Shown here: positions 25,925-37,623 of the stretch, piece after piece
Layout of the letters: every line of letters begins with the position of its first letter
Numbering within the stretch: the first letter of the stretch is position 1
Source of the DNA: Saccostrea cucullata
Taxonomy: Eukaryota
NCBI RefSeq assembly: GCF_032062105.1
Contig: NW_026921972.1
Coordinates: 124,001 to 188,000 of the forward strand
Length of the DNA stretch: 64,000 nt
Direction: 5' to 3'
Program-made: the position numbers and the translations under genes
Notes under the pieces: model-generated
The model's input: only the letters and a program-made list of their open reading frames with translations
What the model was told of the DNA's origin: nothing
Database searches by the model: none

Positions 25925-28215
25925 TATGGAGATAACGAACTGTATTCAAGATCAAAAGTCCATAAAACAATACAAAATAGGAGCAGAGCAAATACGGACC
26001 TCCAAAACATCAGAGGTGGGATCAGGTGCCATGGAGGAGTGAGCATCCCCTGCCGACCGGTCACACCCGCCGTGTGCTCCGTGTCATGATCAGGAAATAA
26101 CGGGAAAAATCCGTCGTCAATTCAGTATATAAATAATGGACTAACAATTGGTATGAAAAACGTCAGTCAGCATTTGACTCAATGATAAATTGTATTTGCT
26201 GACAAGGTCATTGTATCGACCATAGAACTTACGAAATGATGACTTTAAACGAGACTGCTGATATTCTTGTTTCATCAACTTGCTTGTCAATAATTTACCT
26301 CGTTTTAGAAATTGTTCATACGTAGAGCATGCTCTTGCATATCGAATCAACAGAGATATATATACTCCGTATGCAGGTGATGAAGGTATATTGCTGCATA
26401 AGTAAGGGAAATTGACGATAGAAAAGTTAAAGTCATCACGTTTATCATATAGTTTGGTTGTTAGATTACCATTAGCGTCTTTTTCAAGTAAAATATTCAA
26501 GTATGAAACAGAAGTGTAAGACTCTGTCTTACCTCTTATCTCAAGCTCACCAAGATATATACCGTATAACTGGATTTTTCTACGGGGTGCTATTTTTTGC
26601 GAAATTCTGCGATCAAGTCTTAATCGCAAAAAATTTAATTGCAAAAAATTAGTAAATAAAATCCGGAATTTTCAGTTGCGATCATCGAAGTTCTACTTTA
26701 CAGATACCGGAAGTATATGTAAATAATGCCATTGCACGTTTTCAATCGTATTTTACAGGTAATTTAACAATGATTGTTTTTCGAATAAATAAAACGAATT
26801 CCTAAAGATTCAATATTTATTTGTTCCTACATAGTATTTCATGATTTATTAATATGAAACCCTAATAGCAATTGTCGGTTTGGCTTTTCCGCGGCTTGAT
26901 CGGGTCCTTAATTCACACCAGTGTTTACCAGATTTTTCTTAATCGGTATTCTGCCCTTGAGAAAAGAATTTCTTGTGTAATATTTCCCCTGCTGGGATTA
27001 TATAAACTCTTTATAATAATAAATGAAAGTTCATAGTCTATGGGAACTTACTGAAACGAATTTCTATAAATTAATTTCAAAAAATTACCGTCTCGGTTTC
27101 AATTCAAAATAATTGTGACTTTGTTTCTAATTTACCCTGTGAATAATAACCCATTAATTACAACAACACACGGACTACCCACAGGTGTAGTATCATCTAT
27201 GTAAACACCCAATTAACAGCCCAAGTCCTTCAGTCCAGACTGCATCTATTTTACGCTTGATTGGCGTGTATACAAGCGCAATCAAAACTTCGAGAGATAG
27301 AGAGTAAAATTCAATGAAATATGTGTAACAGGACCCAGGTTTTGGTTCGAGAGAATAAATAGACTTGATTGACAAAGTGAAATCGCAAAAATTAAAATCG
27401 CAAAAAATAAATATACCTATTTCAGGATCAAATCGCAAAAATTTGCACCCGCATTAAAAACCAGTTATACGGTAGTATCGACGTAGGAATGGAAATTAAC
27501 ATTGTTAAATGACAATACGTCGGCGATATATCTAAATGTAGAGTTGAAGGCCACAGCAGGTGTTTTCTTCTTTTCACGCATAAGATTTTGCATATATTCT
27601 GCTTCATATGAATATAAAAATAAGTCTGCTAATAACGGAATGCAATTTTATACCCATGGTAATTCCAATAGATTGTTGAAATACCTGGTCTCTAAAAATC
27701 ACATAGATATTGTCAATCAGAAACTGAAGCATCTTCTTGATGTCAACTTCAGAGTACTTATGTGTGCAATCAGAATCTGTGTTAACAAAATAATTTTGCA
27801 AATGACTAATGACGAGGTAAGTAAATTGACGAGTTCCATTTTTATTGAAGAAGCAGCTGTCAATGATATCAAAGCCTGGATTTTAATTTGTCGTGGGGAA
27901 TTGTTGTGTATAAAGTTGAAAAGTCGTAAGTTTTTAAGCTGGTGATTTTTGTAAGGTCTTGTGATTTCAATTTGTCCAAGAGTTCCTTAGAATTTTTTAG
28001 AATCCACCACTGATTCACACCACTTCTTGATTATATAGTTGCACAGTACTCTTGAAGTTTTTCCTTCACTACTGTCAATATCTTAGTGAGGAGTAACGAT
28101 CGAGGCTTAGTTGAACATTTACTGGAACCTGCAATGTATCGTTGTTTGTAAGGATTCTTATGAAGTTTCGGAATCAAATATATATAAGGTAGTATTGGTA
28201 TAACCAATATCAGAA
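25925..28215 (-). mobile_element. Naiad Penelope-like element RT (5'-truncated), split by a MITE
   Basis: Encodes LPYIYLIPKLHKNPYKQRYIAGSSKCSTKP, FLIDNIYV..FQQSIGI and YDKRDDFNFSIVNFPYLCSNIP..SFRKFYGRY. The ORF ends at the RT thumb with no C-terminal endonuclease, as expected for Naiads. 3' motif at 25981-26080. Confidence 0.9.
26562..27472. mobile_element. MITE with CCGTA TIRs and TA TSD (Tc1/mariner-like)
   Basis: CCGTATAACTGG..CCAGTTATACGG flanked by TA on both sides. Removing it restores the Naiad RT sequence. Confidence 0.85.
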
Positions 28216-29039
28216 GTGACATACGGGTATTACATGTAAATGAAGCAGATCAGCATACTCTAACACTTAACTGTCATAATTTCTTATGTATTTTAAAATA
28301 TCTGCATTCAAAATGCCTTAAAGTCAAACATTTACTAAGATTCCCGATTTAACAGATCAGGTATTGCATCCAATATGACCTGCAGTGGATTGGTTCATTT
28401 TTTGTCGATTCTCATAAAAGAACATGTACTTTACCTAGTTATCACACGAAGAAACAATGTTTTTTGTATTGAGAAAGTCATATTCTCTTCCTTGGACACA
28501 AAGATATAACTTTATCGTCAAGGAAAATATTTCAAACTAGCTACTTTAATTAATAAATATCAATGTTTTGAAATTAGTTTCCTTTTATTTAAAAAATATT
28601 TGTGTACTTTAATTGGATATTGTATAAAACAGATTTATTGAAGGAAGGATTTTGAAAGTGTCCGTTTTTTAAAAATCAGATTATTATTATTCCCACTACT
28701 GACTTTGAAATATATTCCAAGGACAAGGTTTCAAATTTCTCAAATTATGTATTTTCATTGTGAAAGAATAAGAATGAACATGTGTTTAAGTTGATGCGAG
28801 ATGCGTAACAGCGTAAAACCAACAGGCAATGCTAATATCAGTTTGTATGAAACATTTCATTTTGAGTGACCTGCATACACTTAAAATTAATTTTAAAAAA
28901 GCCTTAAAACATCAGGGAAACACAAATGTTTCCGTAGTATTTACAAGGAGCAGGTAAAATAATTGGACTATTACTTCAACAAAAATTGCTTTTACAGGCT
29001 TTAAACCCTGATAAAAAAAACTCATGGATGTAGATTTAA

Positions 29040-29350
29040 TAAACAACAGCCTAAGGGAGAGAACCAAGCAAAATCTCATAGATATAGATATTATGAAGAG
29101 AAAATGGGGTTGGATAGATCACACTTTACGCATACACACAAACAACATAACAAAACAAGCTTCGGATCGGAAACCATAAGAGGAGGGTTGGAAGACCCAG
29201 ACAAACCTGGAAGAGATCCGTGGAAATGAAGGCAAAAGAGGAAGGTTTTGCCTGGACCCATTTAAAAAGCATATAGCTAAAAACAGTGTCCGATGGCGGG
29301 GTGTAGTTGTGGTCCTATGATCCCCAAGGAGCGAACAGGAATAAGTCAAT
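29040..29350 (+). mobile_element. RTE-clade LINE 3' fragment
   Basis: Translates to KRKWGWIDHTLR..TKQA and RVGRPRQTWKRSV, a typical RTE C-terminus, and ends in TAAGTCAA. Confidence 0.7.
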
Positions 29351-30210
29351 TATTTTAACCAACTTGGAATTTTTTTCAATTGTATGCAATTTACTAGCCA
29401 GTTTCTAAACCTCTATAGTAATAAAAAGAACTATTGACTAAAAACGGTGAAGTCAATATATTTTCATTTCATGATCTAATAACTTGATATTTTTTAGTTA
29501 GCAAATCAACTAATTTTGAAAGCCCTTTCCATGTCCAGTACTAAGAGACAGACATTCCTTTTAATTTAATCATGTTTATGATAGCAAACTTTTTTCGTTT
29601 TAGTATTTTTGCGGAGAATTTACAGAAAAGTTTCAGCTGAAGAATGGTTGTCGGCTTATAATATGATACTATATATTTGATGTTCCACCACAGAATACAA
29701 ATTTATTTTTACATAACGCACTTTTAACCATTTTCCTGACATCTTTTCAAATACAACTATTTGTAGATTTTGAAGGAATTTTGCTGACCAAAAATTGACA
29801 CGCAAATAATTTCTTTTGAATAATAAGCAAGTAAACCCCAATTTTATCACGGGAACACCGATGCATTAATAAAGAATTAGAAAGAGCCAATCTTATTACC
29901 TTGAATCTTAGATAACCAAAAGATAGCAAAATTTTTAACGAATTACCGATAAAAAATCTAAGTTGATATTCTTTATTATAGAATGATAGTCGAATAGTGG
30001 AATATTTGTTGACACCCTTCATTGCCATCTACTGTAAATAAGCACTTTAAAGTGAAATGTCTTTGCTACAAATGCATTTATTTTGCTGTTCAATGTTTGC
30101 AGGTTAATAACATCAATTTTGGGGGGTGACATTTACTTTAGGTATCTATATCAAACACATTCACACTACAGAGATATTCGCTTATTTTATAAAATTAATT
30201 ATTCATCTCA

Positions 30211-33200
30211 TCATGTTGACACACAAGGCTTGAAAAGCAGGATAATTCCCCCAACAATTGAGCATACACCCATAAGAGAAAATCCTGAAACATAACTTCC
30301 AGTGGTGTCTCGTAAAATACCTAGAAAAAATAAAATATTAACATTTATCTATTCAGAGCATTAAAATCTTAAACTCGTTATTCAAAAGTACGTCACTCAA
30401 GATCTTTTTTACTGTTAATTTATTTTAAAATCAAACTGCAAATAAACTAAATCTCGTAAAAATAATTTTGAAGGTATTTAAAAAAAATTTCCCGCTGGTT
30501 CCCGGTTGCACTGTTTTTTTTTTATTTAAAAAAAGGTTTTAATTAATTATATCTTGCATCACCGAAAACGGTCATCCAATATACATAACATAAAATTTGA
30601 TAAGCAACAACCAAAAATTATAAATATAGATATTCTTAATTAATAACATTTTTGAAAGAAGATTATTTTAATTTCTTTTCTGTATCTTACCTACAGCCAT
30701 TGAAGTCATAGCTATGGATATTCCTCTCGTCACCGCAGTAAATGCTATTCCGTAGTTTAGTTTCTCCAACCCAATAAAATCAACTACCAGGACATTAATC
30801 ATAGAATAGTAAACTCCGCCAAACATAGCTTGAAGGATGCCAAAAATCGCAAGATATGTAAAATTTGTTGAAATAAATGCCATGAAGCATGTAGCTCCAT
30901 TGGCGACCATCGCAATTGTCATCATATGACGCCTTTCAATTTTTTTGTTATCGGCAATAAATACAAATAAAAATCGGCCCACTAGGTCACTTGCAGCTGA
31001 AATGGTTACGAGGATTCCAATTAATTCTGTTTGTAATCCTTGATCCTTAGCAAAAGGTGGAATATAAGTTATAGGAATACTGCAGGCTCCACAGACGAGA
31101 ACTGAGAAAGATATTAAAAGGATAAACTGACCATTCTTAAATAAAGAAAAGTCAAATAAAGTAAATAAAAACTTCATACAACAATTCCTGCTTTTTTCAC
31201 TGTGATCAATGTCCTTGTCAATTTCCAATTTGGAATTAGCTAAATTATTTCCATCCATAGAGATTGTCACTGAAATGTTAGCTAAACTTCCCATCAGTTT
31301 AGAGGGCTTTACTTGTATATTTCTGTCATCTTCAGTGCTACTTATACTTTGCTGTGAGTTTCCACTGCTATCAAAACGTTTTGCACTTAGTTTTTCTCTC
31401 ACTTCATTTTCAAGTTCATCTTTTATTCTGTCATTTGAAGAACACTTTTTATCAGAAAGTCCATTAACCATTTTATCGTGGTCATTGTCTTTTTCATCTA
31501 TGTCAGGAACTGCAGTTGCCTTCCTTTCAATCGGCCTCATCAACATCCCAATGGGAATGAAATGAAGAAAAATTCCCCCAGCTGTGATGAGCGCCCCTTG
31601 TAGTCCATATAATTCAAACAAGTAAGCAAAGAAAGGCGGTAAAGCCAATCCTCCGAGGCTTCCACCGACATTTGCAATCGCATTAGCCATCCCTCTGCGT
31701 TTCTCAAAATATTTACCAAGTATCAATGTGCATGGAGTATGGGCCGTCACTGCCGTTAATGCTAAGAAAAAAAAGTCCCTAATTTCATTTTTGTTTTCTT
31801 GACTATTGCTGCAAAAAATCAATTTTGAAATACAAGATGTGATTGAGAAACTCACCAAACAAAGTACTTTGGGTGAAGAACAAGACTGAAGAATGAGTGG
31901 CAAATGCGTTACCTAGGCTTGAGCTGAGCCCAAACAATGCAGCACTAATTATCAAAGACTGTTCTCCAAAGAACCGTGTTCCGATTCCCATGACAACGAT
32001 GGCTAAAACAGAAATTAAGATATTTTGGTCAAACTTCTATGGATATCTGATTTCTTATTTCCGCTGGATATATTAAACGATATGTCTACCTGTACACAAA
32101 TCTTGATTTGATATGGATATGGTCTTTCATTAGTTAAGAAGATCATGCAACATTTTTTTAAGAAGTACAAATTCAAAAATCCAAAAATTTACAATGAACA
32201 TTTTGAAAACTTATGGTGATTAATATTTTGAGGTATAAACATTTATCAAAACACCATCTATAACTATCTCTTAAATGGAATACTGTTTATTTAATATTTT
32301 GTTCTTGTGTAAAATCAGAGGGAAAGTGTGAATGTGTGTGAGAATGTGACTAAAACTCTCATTATGCAACTTGACATGTCACTTTTTGAAATTAAAAAAA
32401 AAGTACGAAAAAAGAAATATTTTCAAAGATAGAATAAACAAGCCATTTTTTCATAAAAAGAGAAGAATCGCATAAATGAAGATACTTACATAAAACACTT
32501 GCAATAATTGTTTGAACAGATAGTACCATAGATATCACAGACGATGTTGCCGAAAATTTTTTCTGATATTCCACGAAAAATAAGCCAAAAGACTTGAACA
32601 TCCCAAGTATTATTAAATACTCCATGAAACACCCTGTAAGAGATTTAGAACCATTATTCTTTTTTAGTAAAAATGCGATTTCAAGTTTGAGGGTTTTGTA
32701 TGCTTCAATTTCTTTTTCAATCAATTCTTGTTTAGGTTATGGTTAGAAAGAATTCCTTTCTATTTAACTTATTAGCTCAGTATATTGTAAAATAATAATG
32801 ACAATTCTAATCCAGTCAAACCTGTTCAATATTCATGTAGACAATCAGGAATGTTTCTTTTATATTTCAATTTTTCATTCCCAAAATTTCTGTCAATTTT
32901 TAAAAATGTAAACAATTTACGCGGTTGGTTTTGGGGTGTACCATTAACCCTGGTTCCTAGTAAGGTTATTATAACGACCCTAAAAATTACAAAGAGTCAG
33001 TCTTTTCTATCGTCATCTTCCCTTACTTATGCAGCAATATACCTTCATCACCTTCATACAGAGTGTATATATCTCAGTTGATTCGATACGCAAGAACATG
33101 CTGTATGTATGAACCATTTCTAAAAGGAAGTAAATTATTGACAAGCAAGTTGATGAAACAAGAATATCAGCAGTCTCGTTTAAAGTAATCATTTCGTAAG

Positions 33201-35313
33201 TTCTATGGTCGATACAATGACCTTGTCAGCAAATACAATTTATCATTGAGTCGAATGCTAACTGACGTTTTTCATACTAATTGTTAGTCCATTAATTATT
33301 CACTGAATTGACGACGGATTTTTCCGTTATTTCCCGAACATGACAAGAAGCACAAGGTGGGTGTGACCGGTCAGCAGGGGATGCTCACTCCTTCATGGCA
33401 CCTGATTCCACCTCTGATGTTTCGGAGGTCCGTGTTTGCTCTGCTCCTATTCTGTACCGTTTAATGGACTTTGATATTGAATACTGTTCGTTATCTCCAC
33501 ATCCTTCTTTAAAGTGACAATATGACGCATCTCTTCAAAAACAGACTTGTTAAAATTTTCCTGTAGGATTTGGAATTTTCTTCATACTCATAAATGTATA
33601 CACTTTCAGAAAATTACAAATTTCATAAGTAAATAATTCTGATTATTTCATTAAAATTAATAATTATTTATGGTACATAAATATATACATCGCAACGTGT
33701 TCGAGGTTCCACATTCCATGCTATATACGCATGCCTATAGTTTTCATAAACAAAACAGCATGGTAAGAGAGGGAAGCCTGCTACGTTGACAAAGTCGACC
33801 AAAACGAAAAATAAAACCAAAAATAGGGCTTGAAATTAAAAAGCAACTTTCCTGACAAAAATTTAGCTGGGAGATTAATATAATCATTGGATGAAGAAGA
33901 AACAGGATCTCTTCGACATTCACGTGGGGCTCGCGAAGGTTCTACCCTACAGGTTTGTTGATACATGCTATCTATCATTTCTCGTATCTCCATGACTTTC
34001 AAAGAAAAAAAAAATCAGAGTAAACTCAACATAAAAATGCACTTATGACATATAAAAATTATTGCCATTTGAAGTGCAAATTGTATTGGAACTGCAGAAA
34101 GATATTTTATTTGACATTTTGCCGCGATGACGTATGATTTGGTGGATTTTCTTTTCCTGCACCCCAATACCCAAAACGTTAACATTTGTACTTAATCATG
34201 TTAAATTCGTCTGAATGCAGACTAAATGTTAACTATTATTAATTTACCGGAGAGTTAAGATATTTTGATTCTGAGAATTGCTTGTACCTAATATTCCATT
34301 GTAATTGTAAACACTACATTGTATGCACGTGCCATTTTAGAACTCACGTGGTACAAGTAAACAGATCTAAGTTGTACGACCCTTGATTTTCCGGCAGATT
34401 CTAATTACGTTAATTTTGTATGAGGAGAGAATATTTATTTTTCTAAAAAAGCTTACTTCAAATTTTTACCTTATTCCTTAATGATATATTGGGTAAATTT
34501 GAATGAAAAAGCACACAATTTGCAGCCGTATTGCCGCTTTAAGCGAAGGTGTTGGAATTACAGTTACATCAACATCTCTTAGTAACCTGTTTCAGTTAAA
34601 AAATTGATCTTACTAGAAGCATGTTCTTGACTTCGAATAAGGTTGTAGATGTTTTAAACAATGTATGGATGTGAATCATTAAGTCTGGCTTCTAAGATGA
34701 AAGTTTTTCTGTATCTCTTTCTGTTGGACTTTAGACATTGGCGACAAATAATTATAAATGAGTAAAACAGTTTTGTCAGATTTCTTAAATAGAATTCTAA
34801 TAAGTATAAATCCTATGTACATGTACAATAGACTTTTTCTGTTTGTATACATGATACTCATCGAAGGATTTCTAACTGAACATACTGTAATTCAAATATA
34901 CGATTTCCCCCCTAAAACAGATATTATGAGTGTCTTACACATGCCCTTGTGTCTAATGTCAATTGAAAAGCATAACAAAATAAAATGCAACATGCTAAAT
35001 ACATATAGCGTTTTAGTTTAAAATTATTATTGTTAATAATTTGATTAATAAAGATTTGAAAATATTCGCATAGCTATCTCACACAATAGACCCCTATACT
35101 GTATTTCTGATCAGTTTTTATCTGCTATCGGCCCATCTAAATCTTTTGCGTAAACGTCCTCTTCTAAGTACTGATGGATCTACACTAGAATTAAGTACAT
35201 TCCATTATGAACAAAGAAGTTTTTAAATTCTGTTTTAAAGACTTACCAAATAGGACAACCCATGCCCAGCCTTTGTCAACAGATGATGATGTACTTTTCC
35301 GAAAATGAAACAT
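30211..35313 (-). CDS. Monocarboxylate transporter (SLC16/MCT family), paralogue 2
   Basis: Five GT-AG exons: 35313-35247 (MFHFRKSTSSSVDKGWAWVVLF), 32633-32490, 32002-31856, 31761-30691 and 30320-30211 (GILRDTTGSY..*). Frame is consistent throughout. Confidence 0.93.
33000..33500 (+). mobile_element. Naiad 3' fragment in intron 1 of MCT paralogue 2
   Basis: Encodes FPYLCSNIPSSP..FRKFYGRYNDLVSKY, followed by the 3' motif at 33347-33448. Confidence 0.85.
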
Positions 35314-36383
35314 TTTATTCACCGGTATTCCTATACGCACTACAGTACACAAGATTGTATGCAACACATATAATATTCTAAAACTATATAAACATTAAAT
35401 AAATGTATGCATTTACAAGATCATTGTGACATATAGGTCTCATCATTTTGTACTTTTGCGATGTTATCTTCTTGCAAATTAAACAATGATATTAGAATAA
35501 ATACGCCAAAACAGGTCAGAAACCTTTACGCTTTAAAAGAAATTCAAGTTGTCCCATGCAAAGGATATGGTATAAATATATCAATAAAAATTGAAGATAC
35601 AGGTTAATCAATCTATCTATAAGGATAATCAATTTATTGAAATACACACAATCATCATAGATACAGTATAATTTAATAAAATATTACATTTTTTTAAAGA
35701 GAGATAATTAAGAACAGGAATTTAAAAAAATACCTACAAACTTTTTAAAGTTAGAATTCATCCTGTATAATTTTCCATTGCCTATGCACAAGTAGACATT
35801 TTTGATGAGTATAAATATGTCTAAATCCTCTTGGTTCTGGAGAAACAAAATGGGTTCTTCAAAGACAAATGTCTGAATACAAGTTCTTATTTTACACCTT
35901 CTTAGTTAAATACATGGAGATTTACAATTCACTTTTCAGACTTCTATTATATCTAAAGAGGCTATTCTAAGAAAAACTTAATGGATTGCCTTTTCTTCAT
36001 CCCGGCTTATTCTAAGAAATATGAAGAGACTGGTTGCTTTTTCTTCCTACTGTTGAACATTATTATTTGCGTTATATAATAGACTACAGTGTTGATTGAA
36101 GAAAAAGCGTGTGTGGGTAGTTATATTTTTATTTTCACTGGAAATAATTCCTTATATCAGGCATTTAAAAAAAAATACAGGAAGTCAATACTTTCAGATA
36201 CTGTAAATAAGCAATTTGAGAGTAAAATGCATGTGCTGCAATAGCATTTATTGTACTGTTCATTGTATACAGGTTAAGAACATCAATTTTTTGTTTGGTG
36301 ACATATACTTCTGGTATCTAAAATCAAACACATTCACACCATAGAGATATTCGCCTATCGTATGAAAATATTCATCCATATTG

Positions 36384-37586
36384 TCATCTTGAAACACAAG
36401 GCTTGAAAAGTAGAATCATTCCCCCAACAATTGAGCATACTCCCATCAAAGAAAATCCTGAAACATAACTTCCAGTGGAGTCTCGTAAAATACCTGAAAC
36501 AGAATGTTAAAGTCTGTCTATTCAGTGTATTAAAATATTTACCTCTCAATCATATTTAAAAATAAAAAACTACCTGTACTTCGTAAAATGCCATGCTTTT
36601 TTTATTAAAATTAATATATCTTGCACCAGCGAAAAAGCTTAACAATTATACATAAAACTAGAGCAAAGCTCGTTGCAAAGCAGCGAGTAAGTCTTCCGTC
36701 CTGTTTTGACCGGAAGTGACGTCAACAAAAGAAAACAATGAGCTAAGTCGTCTCCAGTCACTTTATTATTTCAATTTTGCATCAAAACCATAAAAAATAA
36801 GCTATTTTTGGCTATTTCCTGTTTGACCTGAAGTGATGTCGACGGACGGAAAATTAAGTTTTATGCTTCCAGTGACATATGTTACCCAAAAACTTGTTAA
36901 GAACGGCAAAAATACATTTTCTGTACTTCCGGTTTGACCGGAAGGGACGTCACCGGACGCATTTTGACGACTTCAATAGATTAAGCTTGACATTTTGAAC
37001 AACTTTGCTTCTTGGACGTATTACAAATTCTCAATACTTTTTGAGATATATGGAAAAAATTTTGGCCCCTCTAGCTCCCTTAATTTAGGGGTCAGCCCTT
37101 TCTTCGAGATATCATTTGAAAGAAATGCACAAATTTTGTTCTATATGTTTTAACAAAATATTTTTAGTTTAGAAGATAAAAAGCAAAATATGTGTAAATT
37201 TTCGCTCTTTTAGGCGTTCTAATTTTTGACCCCTATATAGCACCGTTTTGAATAGTGGAATCGAAAAATAAAAACCGCTATGCGCAACTTCAATCCTTCT
37301 ATTGTGTAAAATCAGTAAAATTTTTGCTCCAGCTTTTGCCATCTCCAAGCCTTTGTCTGGAAATGAAAGCCTATAAATTTTCGTTTAAAGGGAAATAACT
37401 CAAAACCGGAAGTGAATTTTTGGAATGCTAGACAAAATTCTGATAGAGTTTAGTAACGTCTATAAACTCCGAAAATTTGATCAAAATCCATTGAGAAATG
37501 AGTGAAATATTAAGCCTCAAAGTTGGCGTCTAGGAAAAGGAAAAAAAAAGAATAATAAGAATAATCTTAATCATCAGAATCAGTAG

Positions 37587-37623
<37 letters not shown>

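Noticed and set aside
29165-29195. Twister-ribozyme-like ATAAGGAGGAGGGTTGG
   Set aside because: The upstream twister core is missing, and the sequence is RTE coding DNA (RRVGRP).
35965-36018. Two TTCTAAGAA STAT-like sites upstream of MCT paralogue 2
   Set aside because: A short AT-rich motif that also occurs in repeat remnants elsewhere (for example around 61170 and 61410); no independent support.
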